Assembly (NCBI GenBank): GCA_047495785.1
Contig: JBLDXI010000003.1
Coordinates: 868,001-932,000 of the forward strand
Source: Lepidodermella squamata
Taxonomy: Eukaryota > Animalia > Gastrotricha
Direction: 5' to 3'
DNA: 64,000 bases
Made by a program: the position numbers and the translations under genes. Position 1 is the first letter of the stretch. The number at the start of each line of letters is the position of its first letter. Below are positions 13,128 to 26,100 of this stretch, piece after piece. The notes beneath the pieces were generated by a model. The model did not search any database, was not told where the DNA came from, and saw only the letters and a program-made list of their open reading frames with translations.

Positions 13128-13649
13128 GATTGAAAAATCAAACAAGCAAATTATCGGCGAAAGGTGATTTCTCTTAATATTAGCACTTGAGGCCTGATTA
13201 TAACCTGAATTATTCTGTCAAAAAGTAATTAATCGAGTTCTGATCTGATGAACGGGGTGCTTCCGGGTATTTTTGGTCCTGAATTCTCAGGCTAAAGGGT
13301 TCGGGTTTTCCTGCCTGAAATTGATCACAAAGGGGCTGATTTGAATAGAAAAAATAGTACGTACTAAATAGTACGATCCTGCTAAAGTGCGCGATAAAAC
13401 GCAATCTTTTTAGGCTTCCCTCGAGTTCACAGGATTAGTCGTGTGATTAGTCATAAGTTTAGTCCGTAGCGGTTTCTGGTTCAAACCGCCCGTATAGATA
13501 CGGTTACTCCACGCAACATTTCATATACCCTTATCTTCCGTAGCTCGTTATTTTATCAATCTGCATTGCCGTTCACGGGGATGCTCACGCCCAGTTACGC
13601 AAAAAGAATTGGTTGAAAGGGAGAATTGGTTTACATCACCAAAACAACA

Positions 13650-15590
13650 GTTTTTATTTATGTTATTTATTTATGAGCATTAATATGCAAGGGGTGTAGG
13701 ACAGTTCAGCTGAAAAATAAGCATGATGTACAAAAAGATTCAATGTGAAAAGGTCATTATGTAGATATCAACGAAGAAAAGTAGGGAAAAAACAATTAAA
13801 TCACTCTAGTATAAAAATATCGTTTTAGACTCAACAAGGATTTATTAATCAATCGTCACTAGGTAACGGTATTTACATTTTTCATCGCCTGCTTGGATGA
13901 CATCACAACCTTCCTCAGCATTAGCAGTAGGTTCAGACAATAAATAATGGTAAGTTAGGTTCCGGCATTGATCAGCGCTGGTAGCTAAGCGAATTTCGTT
14001 CGGTAAGCTGTTCAAAAACGTGGCGCCACGATATCGAAGGCATTGCATCGAAGTATCGATCTTGACGCGAGGGACAACCAGCAGGTTGTTTGATGCATTT
14101 ATGTCGACTTGCCTTCTTGTGACCCTAGCGGTTTTCCTTGGGGGCTTGAAGAACTCGGCTAAGGCGGCCGGTGCTTCGCCATTGATACAGCGCCATATCA
14201 TGGTTGCCAGATGACCTTTCCTTTTACCATATCAAGGTCTAGCTATTTTAGCTTTTTCCTCGGTGATTCGATGTCATCGCTTTCCTTCGCATGACAAATT
14301 ATGCGAATGGCTTTGTCCTGTCGTCGTTGAAGGCGCTCCAAGTTAGGTCTTGTCGCTTGGGCTAGGACACTGTCACAGCACATTAGGTGACAGACGATGA
14401 CACCATTAGCCATCAATTTGAGGGTTTTTTGATCAAGGAATTTAAGCCGCAAATTTTAGAGCAAAGAGACCGCCCCTGGTTTTGTTACCCACCTGTTTGA
14501 GCTGTTCAGTGTGCAATAGTTTTCGATTTTGATGGAGATGCCTGGGGTAGGTGCGTCGGGATCAGTGGCTGTGATTATCATCTGTGACTTTTTTCCATTG
14601 ACTACCAAGCTATTTGTTGCTGACCAGTCACTCAACCGGTTCTTGATGTCGGATTGAAGGCAATCCTTAAGGCGTGCTACGTTTTTATCTGACAAGTAAA
14701 TAGCGGTGTAATCTGCGAATTGAGCTATTTTCGAATGTATTGGAATCGAAGCCATTTCATTTACGTAGACAGTGAATAGCAATGGTCCTAGAACACTGCC
14801 TTGTAGTACTCCGAATTCCACCTTAGCTTTACATGAGCGACTTTGGTTAATTTCTACAGGGTGTTCGCGTAATAATACTCTGGGTGAGCTAAAAATAGCT
14901 ACAAAAAAGCTAAAATGCATGCAAAAAGTAGCAAAGCTATTTTTAGAAGAGTATTATTTATTATTACGCGAACATCCTGTACATACTGGTAACGATCACT
15001 GAGATGGTTTTCGATCTACTGAATAGCTTCCCTGTTCAAAACCCGCACTAGCCAAGGACCTATAGATGCCTTCATGATGTAGCGAGTCAAAGGCCTTGCT
15101 CAAGTCAATAGCTACTGCTGCGACTATTTCCCTCTTTTCGTGCGAAATGCGCCAGTCTTCAGTGAGTTTTGCAAGGCAGCTGTCTGTTGACTGGAATTCG
15201 CGGAACCCAAAACCCAAACTGAGTAGGCGACAAGAATAACCTTGTTTCCGGCTTATTTAAATGCGATTTAATTAGGAATGAGATGCACCTTTCAAAGATC
15301 CTAGATATTGGCGACAGAATTGAAATTGCCCTGAAATTCGACGCATCATCCTTAGATCCTCCTTTGTGCAAAGGATGCTTTCCGTTGCTCGGGAATTATT
15401 TTCGATCGAATTATTTTCATTGAAAAAAGCATGTAAATGCGGGGCAATAACACTGGCACTCATTTTCAAAACTGACTCAGGTATTTCATCTATACCAGTT
15501 GTGGGTTTATTCTTTACCTTAGCCAATGCATCCAGCAGTTCCCTTGTCGTGATTGCGCGAAATTTGAACTGCTCCGTGGTTTGGAATGCA
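13650..15590 (-). mobile_element. 5'-truncated non-LTR retrotransposon (CR1/L2-like) reverse transcriptase relic
   Basis: Frameshifted RT motifs: NFRAISILS, QFGFR, IDLSKAFDS, GVLQGSVLGPLLF, FADYT (degenerate YADD), and C-terminal RGATFLNSLP. Ends are approximate. Confidence 0.9.
14857..14979. mobile_element. 123-bp Tc1/mariner-type MITE nested in the LINE RT
   Basis: TIRs cagggtgttcgcgtaataata / tattattacgcgaacatcctg flanked by TA. Removal restores the RT frame HLSDRYQYVEINQ. Confidence 0.85.
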
Positions 15591-15753
15591 CGGTGAAAAC
15601 GAGCCGCGAGCCTTGCAATCTCCACTCGTCGTTTTTTTGTGAGACAACCTTTGGAGCCATTCATTTTTTTATAATGTGTATCATATTTTATTCGATGAAC
15701 AAAATAGCCAAGAAATTTTAACATGAGATTTTATCTGAAATATTATTCAATTC

Positions 15754-17504
15754 TTAATTGATCCCGAGCTTCAGCATTATCAAGGCTGCTAAATAGATGA
15801 GCTGAAGGTCGAATGAGCGAGCGAATCCCATCGACTGGTTAGGAGGCAGAGCAGTGGTTGTCGATGCATCCTGTCTGATAATTTTGTACCACACAATTTG
15901 TCCAGAAGGTCCATGCGAGTAAAAGTAGCCATTGTAGTATGCTGGCTCGTACGAGGTCGAGAGCACGTCCGTCGAAGACGTACGTGCGTTGCCTTTTCTA
16001 TCGAATATCTGCATAGCGTCCCTTGTCCGCAGTACAACAGCGTCGTCGAAGAGGATAGCAGTCGGGGTTACATCCGACTCGAGGAAGCTGGAAGCATAAT
16101 TATTCAGCTTAAATCCAGACCGAAAATCATATTCTACGAATGCCTTCGTTTCGTTCGAGATTCTAAATGCCGAATAGCCATCTGTAGCTGCGAAGTAAAT
16201 GCGGTTGCCTTTGGCTCGTTCGTAAAACAATATAAGGTATTTTGTTCTTATATGCAGCTCAGTTAGTTGGTCGTTGGCATTCAACAGCGCGAAGCCATTC
16301 CGAACAGGCGGTGGGGTGTAGATTTGGCTCGATCCAGGGTACCATTTGTACCATTGCAGTTCGCCGTTTATAGCGTTGATGTGGTACACAGTATCAAGTC
16401 GGCTGATGCCTATCAGTTGCTCGTGATCTTCAAGGGTTAAATATGTGGGTGTTTCATCGGCTTGTGCGAAGTCGACGCCGGATCCGAAGTTAACTATGCG
16501 CTCGCCCGTTTTTAAATTGAAGGCATGCAGTCTCCACGACGCTTCGCCTGTTGGAAGTTGGAAGAGGCCAACATAAGCAAATTATAGGCGAAAAGCTCTC
16601 CCCTTGAGATTAGCATTTCGGAGTGCATTAAAAATGCAGATCGAAAAGCTGCCGTAAGATGGAATGGCTTGGAACAGTTGGGTCACTTTGTCATATCAAA
16701 AATCGAAGGTTATAAGGTAGAGTGTGACGACTCCTTGAGGAGATGCTGCTTGATAGCCCAAATGAAGGCCCGTCTGAATGTGTAAGATGCACATCAATAC
16801 CCCATTAATGGGCTTCTTAACACTGCCACCTTTGATTTTTGTTGTCTAAGTTTGCGGTATTTAGAATTTGTAAATACCGCAAACATGGTGAAATAGATAG
16901 GTACCACAAATTCGCGTAGTATTTTACTAATCAGACACTCTCTATTTACATGGGGCAATTTTGAACTTTTGGGTATAAAATTGAATGCTTGCAGAATGCG
17001 AGCAACTTGCTCGTCCTACTTACCTTTGAGCTGGCCTGCTGTAATGACACGTCGTGTTAATTCATTAACAACAGCCTGATCCGCCGAAATCTCCACTGAC
17101 CAAATAACGACAGGTGGAATAGCTTTAACATTTATCGCGTGCATAGTCGAACAGGACCGTGAAAGAATTGTCATAATGCCTGAATTCGGCTCAATCATTG
17201 GCGAATGTGGAGTGCATGCGACGCTGTAATACTACAGACTACCAAGTAGACCCCCGGATTTGGCGCCAAGGGTATACAGCGTGGTGCTACTGACGATGAA
17301 AAGCGTGTCGGAGTAAACTAGCACCCTCTCTGCGAACTAGCTGTCCGTGAAGACAGAATACTGCCACTGTATTGCAATGCTGCTAACGGTTTCGATGCCG
17401 AGACTAACGCCTGTGTACCACTTGTGGCCAGCATTACCGCCAGCGTCGATCCAGTCGCCCGATGCTGCGGTGAACGCAAGTGCTATTAAAAAGATTCGGA
17501 ACAT
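15754..17504 (-). pseudogene. PQQ-like beta-propeller gene, copy B (divergent). Exons 17504-17024 and 16547-15754; two in-frame TAG stops in exon 1
   Basis: MFRIFLIALAFTAASGDWIDAGGNAGHKWYT...; TAG at 17337-17339 and 17232-17234; same intron position as A and C; exon 2 open to ...KLGIN*. Confidence 0.85.
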
Positions 17505-17899
17505 CGTTTTTCTGTGGGAAACTGGGTTTCACGCGCACCTTTTGTAGGCCCACTAATCTGAACAGACTATGCGATAAACGAACCCTGAAAAATTAGTCCG
17601 GATTATTCACAGTCTGCTGCGTGTATGTGTGGGCTTATCAGTTTATGAATAGACTATGACTCATTATGTAACCACTATTGAGTCCATGTCAATTGCAAAC
17701 GCTGATTGAGGGTCAATCGATCGATACCATAGCCAAGATCAGTATGAGGCTATAAAAAATTCACTGCATTTCAGCTGAACACTGGAATACCTTCAATTTT
17801 GACAGAATTTTGACCATTAGTCATGCTCGATTGGATGATTAAGCTCAGTCACGCGAATATCCTTATCTCCGCTGACAAAAATAGCGGTAATTTGGGAAA

Positions 17900-18026
17900 T
17901 CTTGCCGACGGTTTCGATGTCAAGACTAACGCCTGTGTACCACGTGTGGCAAGCATTACCGCCAGCGTCGATCCAGTCGCCTGATGCCGCGACGAATGCG
18001 AATGCTAGTAAGAAGAATCGAAACAT
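17900..18026 (-). pseudogene. N-terminal fragment of another PQQ-like paralogue
   Basis: MFRFFLLAFAFVAASGDWIDAGGNACHTWYTGVSLDIETVGK, then an abrupt junction into the upstream region of copy B. Confidence 0.8.
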
Positions 18027-18864
18027 TCCGTTCTGTTCAATACAGGGTTCGGCCTTATTATGCCTGTGTTTGAAATATCCTGAATAAAACTATTGCAGTA
18101 TTGTTCTAGTATTCTGCCACATTATTTTATCGCGCGATAAGGTGCAATCTTAACAGCTGCATTGTAAAAGCTTTCAGGCGACTGTTTACCCAATTTTTTT
18201 ACCACGGAATATCCCTTTTCAAACTCGCTTTTTCCAGCGGCGGAGCAGTAGATGGCGGCAGGATGGTTTAATTCGTCAAAAAATTGAAAAATTGATATAT
18301 GATGGCGCAACTATGAGACTCGCTGTAATAGCGTGTCTCTGGCCCATAAAATGTCGAATCTGAACCATTGCGTAGCGGGTAAGGAGGGCTACGCGCCCGG
18401 TTGAAAGATCGAATTTGTGCACACGCGAAAGATCACATTTGACATTCTAGATAACTAGACCCACATTCTAGATAACACACTATCAGTTAACAAAATGATA
18501 TGACATCTGGTTTTGTTACCAGGTGCCATAATCTTCTCGAAAGGAAACTCTGTTGAGGTCGAAGTTCAAAGTCTGGCAAATAGTTGGAAATACTATCTTC
18601 CTGGGATATTCTTTGGCGCCTAATTTTGCGGACTGATTCTAAGCGCCGAACGGAAAGCGATTTTGGAAAATTAACTAACGGATTCAACTCGTGAATATTC
18701 TTTCATGGCGCATGTTTCAAATTTCAACTCTTCGAATCTGGAATCATTTTATTTGAATTACAGGCAATCACGAAAAGAATATGAGCGAAGATTTGATAGT
18801 GAAGAAATTTTATGTCTTACGATTATGGCAATCACTTTCCTCTATTTTGGGGGAAATTACATAG

Positions 18865-20371
18865 TTAATTTATCGCGAGCTTCAGCATTAACAGAGCTGC
18901 AAAATAGATGACCTGAAGGTCGAATAAGTTAGCGAATCCCGTCGACTGATTAGTCGTTGTAGTTGTTGGTTCAGCTGATCTAGTTAGCTTGTAACAATGA
19001 ACTTGTCCGGAAGGCGTAGCTGAGTAAAAGTAGCCACCATAGTATGCCAGCTCGTTCGGTGTCCCCAGGAAGTCTGCTATGAACGTGCGTAATTTGCCTT
19101 TCCTATCGAATAGTTGCATTGATTCCTCTGTCCGCAGCATGACCGCGTCATAGAAGATGATCGCAGTTGAAGTTGACGATGGCCCATCTACGCCTAATAT
19201 ATAAGTATTCAGCTTCAATCCAGAGTCTATGTCATATTCATAGATCGCTTTTGATCCGTTCCAAATCCTAAACGCCGAAAAGCCACCTGTCGCTGCGAAG
19301 TAAACGTTGTTACCTTCGACTTGATCTTGCGACCAAATTGTCTTTCTTTTGTATACATCAAAGGCAGTCAGTCTACCTTCGGAATTCACTAGAGTGATGC
19401 CTTTATTGTAAGGCGGTGGGGTGTAGATTTGGCTCGATCCCGAGTACGATGTGCGCCGAACAAATGCGCCGTTAACGGCGTCGATGTTGTACACAGTATC
19501 AAGTCGGCTGATGCCTAACATGCGCTCCAAATCGACAGTGGTTAGAAATGACGGTGCGTCATCGGCCTGTGAGAATTGGACGCCGTTTCCGAAGGTAACA
19601 TCGCGCTCGCCAGTTTCCAACTTAAAGGCATAGAGTCCCCACGTGGATTCGCCTGGCAAATTAATGGCAAATTATAAAGAGCAAATTAATGGCGCTGCAA
19701 ATAAGGTAGATATTTGTTGAACCTTATCATAGTAGCTCGTTTAACGCAGAAAATACTATGTACTAGAAACGCGGGCATCGCTGTCTGTAAAACAACTGCG
19801 TTCGTATAACAGGGATGGGCACAATGAGTCATCTCAGCATAAACGATTAACAAATTGTCCCATCTACTGATCCATTATAACAAGCTAGCTTACCTTGGAG
19901 CTGGCCTGCTGTGGCGACACGGCGTAGAGTTATAACAGCTTGATCTGCCGTAATCTTCACGGACCAAAGAACGTCAGGCGGATTAGCTGTGACATTTATC
20001 GCGTGCATAGTAGAACAGGACCGGGATAAGATGATCATGATGCCTGCTCTCGGCTCAATCATCGGCGAATGCGGGGTGCATTCTTCGCTGTTGTACACAA
20101 CACTGGCGAGTTGATTCCCAGTTTTGGCGTCTAAGACGAACAGCTTTTCGCCGCTTGCATAGAAAATTTTGTCGGAATAAGCCAGCACCCGCTCGGTGTA
20201 TCGAGCTTTGGCGTTGTCGGGGTTGAAGAGCCATTCTGGTACTATGCTGCTGACGGTTTCGATGCCAAGACTGTCGGGTGTGTACCATGTGTGTTCAGCA
20301 TCACCGCCAGCGTCGATCCAGTCGCCTGATGCTGCGGTGAACGCAAGTGCTATTAAAAAGATTCGGAACAT
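18865..20371 (-). CDS. Secreted, probably GPI-anchored PQQ/BamB-like beta-propeller protein, copy C (intact, 421 aa). Exons 20371-19894 and 19652-18865
   Basis: Signal peptide; DWIDAGGDAEHTWY N-motif; repeated blade motifs LFVLDAKTG, LYAFKLETG, YNIDAVNG, LTAFDV...W; Thr-rich stalk and terminal hydrophobic tail with no cytoplasmic domain. Phase-1 intron 19653-19893; 1266 nt open. Confidence 0.85.
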
Positions 20372-20872
20372 CGTTTTTCTGTGGGAAACTGGGTTTCACG
20401 CGCACCTTTTGTAGGCCCCCTTATCTGAACACATTATGCGATAAACGGACCCTGAAAAATCACCTCGGTTATAGTACGGATTAATCACAGTCTGCTGCGT
20501 GTGGGTGTGGGCTTATCAGTTTATGAATAGGCTATAACTCATTATGTAACCACTATGGAGTCCATGTAAATTGCGTTCGCTGATTGGTCAATCGATCGTT
20601 ACCATGACCAAGATCAATATAGGGTTGTAAACCTCTCACAGCATTTCAGCTGGCCACTGGAAATACCTGCAATTTCAAGAGAATGTTGACCATTAGTCAT
20701 GCTGAAGTGGATGATTAAGCTCCGTCGCGGACATACCCTTATCTCCGCTGACAAAAATAGCGGTAATTGGGGAAATGCTTTATCAAACCTAGACAGAGCA
20801 CTCGTTAATAATCCGCAAGTCATTTAAGACAAAAGACAAAATTCGCCCTATTTCGACCAATAGAAGTTCTAA

Positions 20873-21649
20873 GACATAGAGCCCTAGGGGAAGCTTACAT
20901 AATTCACATAATTCACATAATTCGAAAATTTAAGGTGCATTTTTTAATTTCTGAAACTTGCGCCGAAGGCGCCAAAAAACCTTGCCCCGCCGTGAAACGC
21001 GAGCGCAGCGAGCATCACGGGGCAAGGTTTTTGGCCGAGCTGAGCGAGGCTCTACGAGCGTAGCGAGGCTCTACGAGCGTAGCGAGTCCCTCCGAGCGTA
21101 GCGAGATTTCCCTATCATGACTGATTGAGCGAAGCGAATTTCCTGTGCTCCCGAGCTCAGCGAGGAATCAACCAAATTTTCATAAAGATACTAACGGAAC
21201 TACTTCTTTCATTCATTTATATTACTTCGATATTGATACTGATCGATTCGATAAACAGCCGAAAATCAAGCTGAAAATGGTTCAGGGTTCACTCAATAAG
21301 GATACAAATTTGGTTATTTAGTCAGGATACCGACGTTACCGGGACGCCCTGCTGTTAGAGCAAGGAGGCTCGGTGGCTTTCAAATACTAGTTCTATGAAA
21401 GACCATCATTGGCCGTAGATTGCTTGCGTTCTATTTGATAGGAGCTTACTGCGCCGTTGTGAAAGCAGGAAGAAGGGAGAATAAGAATAAGACCAAGAAT
21501 AAGAATAGCAACAAATTTAAACGCTTTTTTAAGCTGCATTTTTTATTCTTCAAAATTTTTCGTTTTTAGTCATTTACTATGTGACAATTTTACCAGTTTT
21601 TTCCCGGTTTCACCAGTTTAGTTGATAGCTTCCCCAAGGGCACTATGTC
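20873..21649. mobile_element. PIF/Harbinger-type MITE
   Basis: TIRs gacatagagccctaggggaagct / agcttccccaagggcactatgtc (2 mismatches), TAA on both flanks; internal cgagcg(t/a)agcgag repeats and a palindrome. Confidence 0.75.
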
Positions 21650-21651
21650 TA

Positions 21652-21762
21652 ATAAAGCCCACGGTACGGCTAGTTTCTCGGAAAAATCACATAATAAGCC
21701 TCGGCTTCGCCTCGTCTTATTATGTGAGTTTTCCTCGAAACTGGCCTCCCCTAGGGCTTTAT
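21652..21762. repeat. ~110-bp imperfect hairpin (foldback element)
   Basis: ataaagccc...tagtttctcggaaaaatcacataataag-(cctcggcttcgcctcgt)-cttattatgtgagttttcctcgaaactgg...gggctttat. Confidence 0.7.
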
Positions 21763-22021
21763 TTATACATAAAAATTTGAAAGGAAAATAAAAATTTGGA
21801 GTTATTCAACATATTTATAGGGATAATGCTGAAAGATCTTATCACTGCTTGCTTAGTAACGATTTATTATCGGGTCCTCCTTTTACCTGAACCAAATTTA
21901 CAGTGAGCGGAACAAATTTATGCAATTTTCTATAGAGGCCTGAAATCTCTTTTCGGATATTTCTTGAGTACTCGTATAACGAGTTTCTTGAGTAGTGTCT
22001 TGAGAACTGGCTTAAGGTGCC

Positions 22022-22563
22022 AACAAAGAAGGAACCTTTCGAATCGCGCAACAGCAGAATGTGGAAAGCAACTTCGAGCACTGGAATTCAAGTAAAACTG
22101 TCCACGCGGTCTTATAGGCTAATCAGGAAGAAGCTCAGGCTAATCACTGGCCATATCCTTCAAGCTTTGAAGAAAGTAGCTTTCCCACTGATTTTTGCAT
22201 CACTAATCTTGGTTTGCATTTGGCTATCTGCAGCCCCCCTCCAGCAATTTACAGCAACGGCTCTGGTGTCTTTGGTCTGTCATTCCTCGCAACAATGGTG
22301 TATCTTTTCAGTTTGAGAAACGTCAGAATTTCAACCATCAATGACTTTTATTCAGTTCGAACTGCTGCTTACTGTTTTTGGTTCATTCTTATCGCTGGAT
22401 CTGTTGTAATCTGGCTGTTCTTCAGCCAGAGTCATTTCAAGTATCTTTACATAGGAATTTGCAGTTTGAGCCTCATACTGCCGCTTACTGTCTTAGTCAT
22501 CATTTTCCTTCCTGGTGACATCCGAGTTATTCGAGGGGTTAATGGTCAATTCCATGGATGTCC
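22022..22563 (+). pseudogene. Second duplicated 3' fragment of the GABA-B-like GPCR (ICL2 to TM7), frameshifted
   Basis: HILQALKKVAFPLIFASLILVCIWLSAAPLQQF and YLFSLRNVRISTIND lie in different frames; same ECL2 deletion as the 12246 fragment. Confidence 0.85.
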
Positions 22564-22737
22564 AAGTGTACCGTGTACCACTCCACAAAAGACATTTCTT
22601 GGAAGAAACAGTAAGTATGTGATTTGTAATTGTATTGTGTCGTATCGTATCGTAAAAGATAATTCTCAGGGTGAATGAGTTATTTAAAGTGTCCCATTTT
22701 TAAACTATTTAAACAGTCGCGGCCATGAGCATAGTTG

Positions 22738-23162
22738 TTAGAGTTAGGGATAGGGTTCTGTTAGCTTGGTTGAACTTTCAGAGCCAATGAAATTTGTATT
22801 TGGGTTAGGGTTAGGGCTAGGGCTGAGGTTACAGGTTAAGGGTAGGGTTGCGGGGTAGGCATACAAACAATATGCGATTTTCCGTTGTATTATGTTATAT
22901 CGTATAAGATCACTGAGTGATTAGGGGTGGAAGTGTACAATTTTTTCAACTATTTTAACAAACGGCCTCGAGCATATATGAGATGCTGTACTCTAGGGCA
23001 GAAGAACTTCAGGACTATCGTAATTAGGGTTAGGGTTAGGGTTAGGGCTGAGGTTAAGGATAGGATAGGGTTAGGGTTGTGGCAGCTTGATTGAGATTTC
23101 AGGGCCAATGAAATCTGGATTAGGGATAGGGTTAGGGTATGGGAAAAGGTTGGGGGTGGGGT
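22738..23162 (+). repeat. Degenerate interstitial TTAGGG-rich tracts
   Basis: Multiple ttaggg/taggg units at ~22800-22860 and 23020-23160. Confidence 0.8.
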
Positions 23163-26100
23163 TTGGAATATGTACGAATACCGAATACCGAGCATCCGGA
23201 TCCATAAAAGCTGAATCCTCGAGTTTTGAAGCATCTCAGAGAAATATAATAGGCAGAGCGAGTTGCGAGCGATGAATTTTTGCGTAAAATTAGGACAAGC
23301 ATCAGATGAAAACTCTATTTTTGCGATTTACCGAATGTAATGTCTGAATAAAATATTGGGACCAAAAATTGAGTCTTCACCACCTGTTATAGCCCTAATA
23401 ATTTTGCGCGAAATTTTATTGCCCGCAAATTCTGCCTTTTTGACGCACTATTAAATAATGCGTTATCACAATAAAAAAGTTGTTTGTTTTAGCGCTTCAT
23501 GATTATTTAATATTTCGCTAACCCCTTTTATATACATCATGTCGTCGAAAATAAACGTCAAGCAGCGAGCAAGACGGCGCAAATTGCATTGCTTTTGCTT
23601 GTGCTGTGTTGGTATTTTACATAAAACATGCGGCGGTCTAATAACAACAATAACAATTCAGATTTCTGGTACATCTTCATTATTATTTACTTTGCCAGGC
23701 GATTGTAAGTAATTCTAAATTCTAGTACAAATGATTTTGATGTCCCTAGTCGCTCTGCCCTGTCAATTTGCAGACTGTGTTCATTATACAAAAAAACCAC
23801 TGATTTTATTAGCCGCGGTCAATTCTGGATTAAAGACTGCACTCAAACAGTCATATAGCAATTATTATAAATCGTGCAATATAGGCCACAATCATTTTTT
23901 ATAATAAAATCGATTCGAGTAATAGACCTATTCGGGTAATTAATTGACCTAATGAGCTGACTCGCTCAAATATTGGGGTATAGCTCAAATATTTTACTTG
24001 CTTTTATAATATTATATACTTTCGAATCGCCTATCGAGCCTATCTTAAGAAAAATTTTAAATTTTGAACGAAGGTAAGCAAGGCTATTCCAACTTTTCTT
24101 AGAAATTTCGAGAAATTTCGAGACATTTTCTAATTTCACTCATTTTTTGGCAATTTTGGAAGTTTAAATTTAAATTTCGGTATACTTGCGATAAAATGAA
24201 GCCAGAAATTACTGTCAAGAAAAAGATGAACCAGTGGTTTTATTATATGAAAATGTGAATCTTTCCATATTCCACAATTCCCTTGGCTTGCTATTTTCAA
24301 ATGAAAATTTTGAAACCGGTGAAAATTTTTCGAAACCTTCTGTTAATCAGCACCATATTCCTACTTTCCGTTTTTTTCAATTTTAATCATTGAAAAATTT
24401 TGTATATTTTTCATTTTTTTCCATATCTATAATTCAAATATTAGCCCGTGTTGCAAATAATTGCGCTGATAAACTATATTATCTTGAAATTATCTATACA
24501 GTACCTCGCACCTTGTCCTGGTTTTTCTGGTTTAAAGCACGTTTTCAATGGAACCAGCAGAATATTTGCCCGGAAGCGCAAAAACCAACAACGTTCCGCC
24601 TTTCAACGTTCATAGTCACACTTTATTTGCGTTTCGCCCCAACAAACATGGGCCGTTTCAACTCGTTTACATGCATATCTCACGTGTAATTACGATTTTA
24701 AGCTGTAATAAAATTTCAGAAAAATTCAACTTGTGTTATTTGCACTTTCACACTCGCATTTTTGCGGTAGCAGGGGGTAGGTAGGTAGGTATACCTAGGT
24801 AATATAGCAAACACGCATTGTAATAGCGCGCGCAGCTGCTGATTAATTGCGTGTTGTTGTTTTTTAATTTAAAATCAACCCCACTCACACCTGGTCGAGA
24901 CGCGAAAGCGCGCAAATAATACCTACAACTCAGAGCAGACAAAATGATAAAATAAAGGCGGCGCAAACAAACCGCGCGCTGGTACTCCTTGCTACCTGCG
25001 CCGATATTATTAACCGCAATAATTACTCGCGGCATAAGAGGCAAGTTATTTACGCGTTTATCATATATATCGCGGCGGCACTTATAGCTCTACCTGTGCT
25101 ATTATGATTGTTATAGATTAGGGTGTTTACAAAACATCTCGAGAAAACGAGGGTATGACGAGAACCACCCGTCGCCACGCCAAATTTTTACCGCCATCAA
25201 AGAAGGTGTATAAACACGCGGCGTGTAATTAGGGCGATTACAGGATGCCAGCAGCAGCTGAAAGATGAAAGATGACAATACATCTATACGAGTGCGCGCC
25301 CTACTTGAGCAAACGTGCTTCCGGCGATCGTTGTTGTTGTTGTTATTTACGGCGACGACGACGACAAGCGCGGCGTTCCGGCGCACACAAGCTCAATGAC
25401 ACGCCCTGGCTTGACCTCGCCGCCGCGGCAAATTGTCGCGCACAGGTCAAACTATGGGTAATAAATGTAATTGAGTGCGCGCCCGTCCGCCTTAAATTTA
25501 TTAGTACTAGTGCGCGCGCGCGAAGTGAACATCTGATGATGATGGCGCTATTTTCATCATCGCACCTTCGTTTCATGTTTCATTAATAAACATTATTAGG
25601 TATTTATCGGCGCGCAGTGGCTCAATATTTATTTACCTCCTGCTACCGCTGCCACTGCCACTGCTTAGGACAACAATTCGTTGTCGAGCGGCTAATCCTA
25701 GGCCACTTTTACTCCCGGCTCTTAGAAATCGATGGCAAGCTGTCAGTCATTTGTGACGTCGGAATGTGCCCGGCTACATGCACTTCATTGTAAGTAAAAG
25801 ACCAAATACTCGTGCTGTTCAAATCTCGGTAATATTTTTCCCATGTCGTGTAATTGCGCTGAAAATGCATGTCCAGATTTTATATTATTTATTCATGACC
25901 TAATTTTTTCTACGCGAGAAAAAGCATGTGAAGACGGAAACAAGGCAAATATTATGACTTTTTCCTAATCAACTTATCATCTTTTTGGCTCATTACCTAT
26001 ATAATCCTATTCAAGATTCCATCGATTTCAGTTTATTTTCGCAATCTTTGGGTTTATTAAGGAGGATTTTTTTAAATTATGAATTTTTCATCCCTTTTCA

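Noticed and set aside
17232-17339. TAG readthrough or alternative genetic code in propeller copy B
   Set aside because: TAG serves as a normal stop in neighbouring intact genes (GPCR; peptide copies 1, 2, 5, 7, 8), so pseudogenisation is simpler.
9777-20371. Bacterial contamination as the source of the PQQ-like genes
   Set aside because: They have a conserved spliceosomal intron, a GPI-type tail, and are interleaved with GPCR fragments and a LINE.
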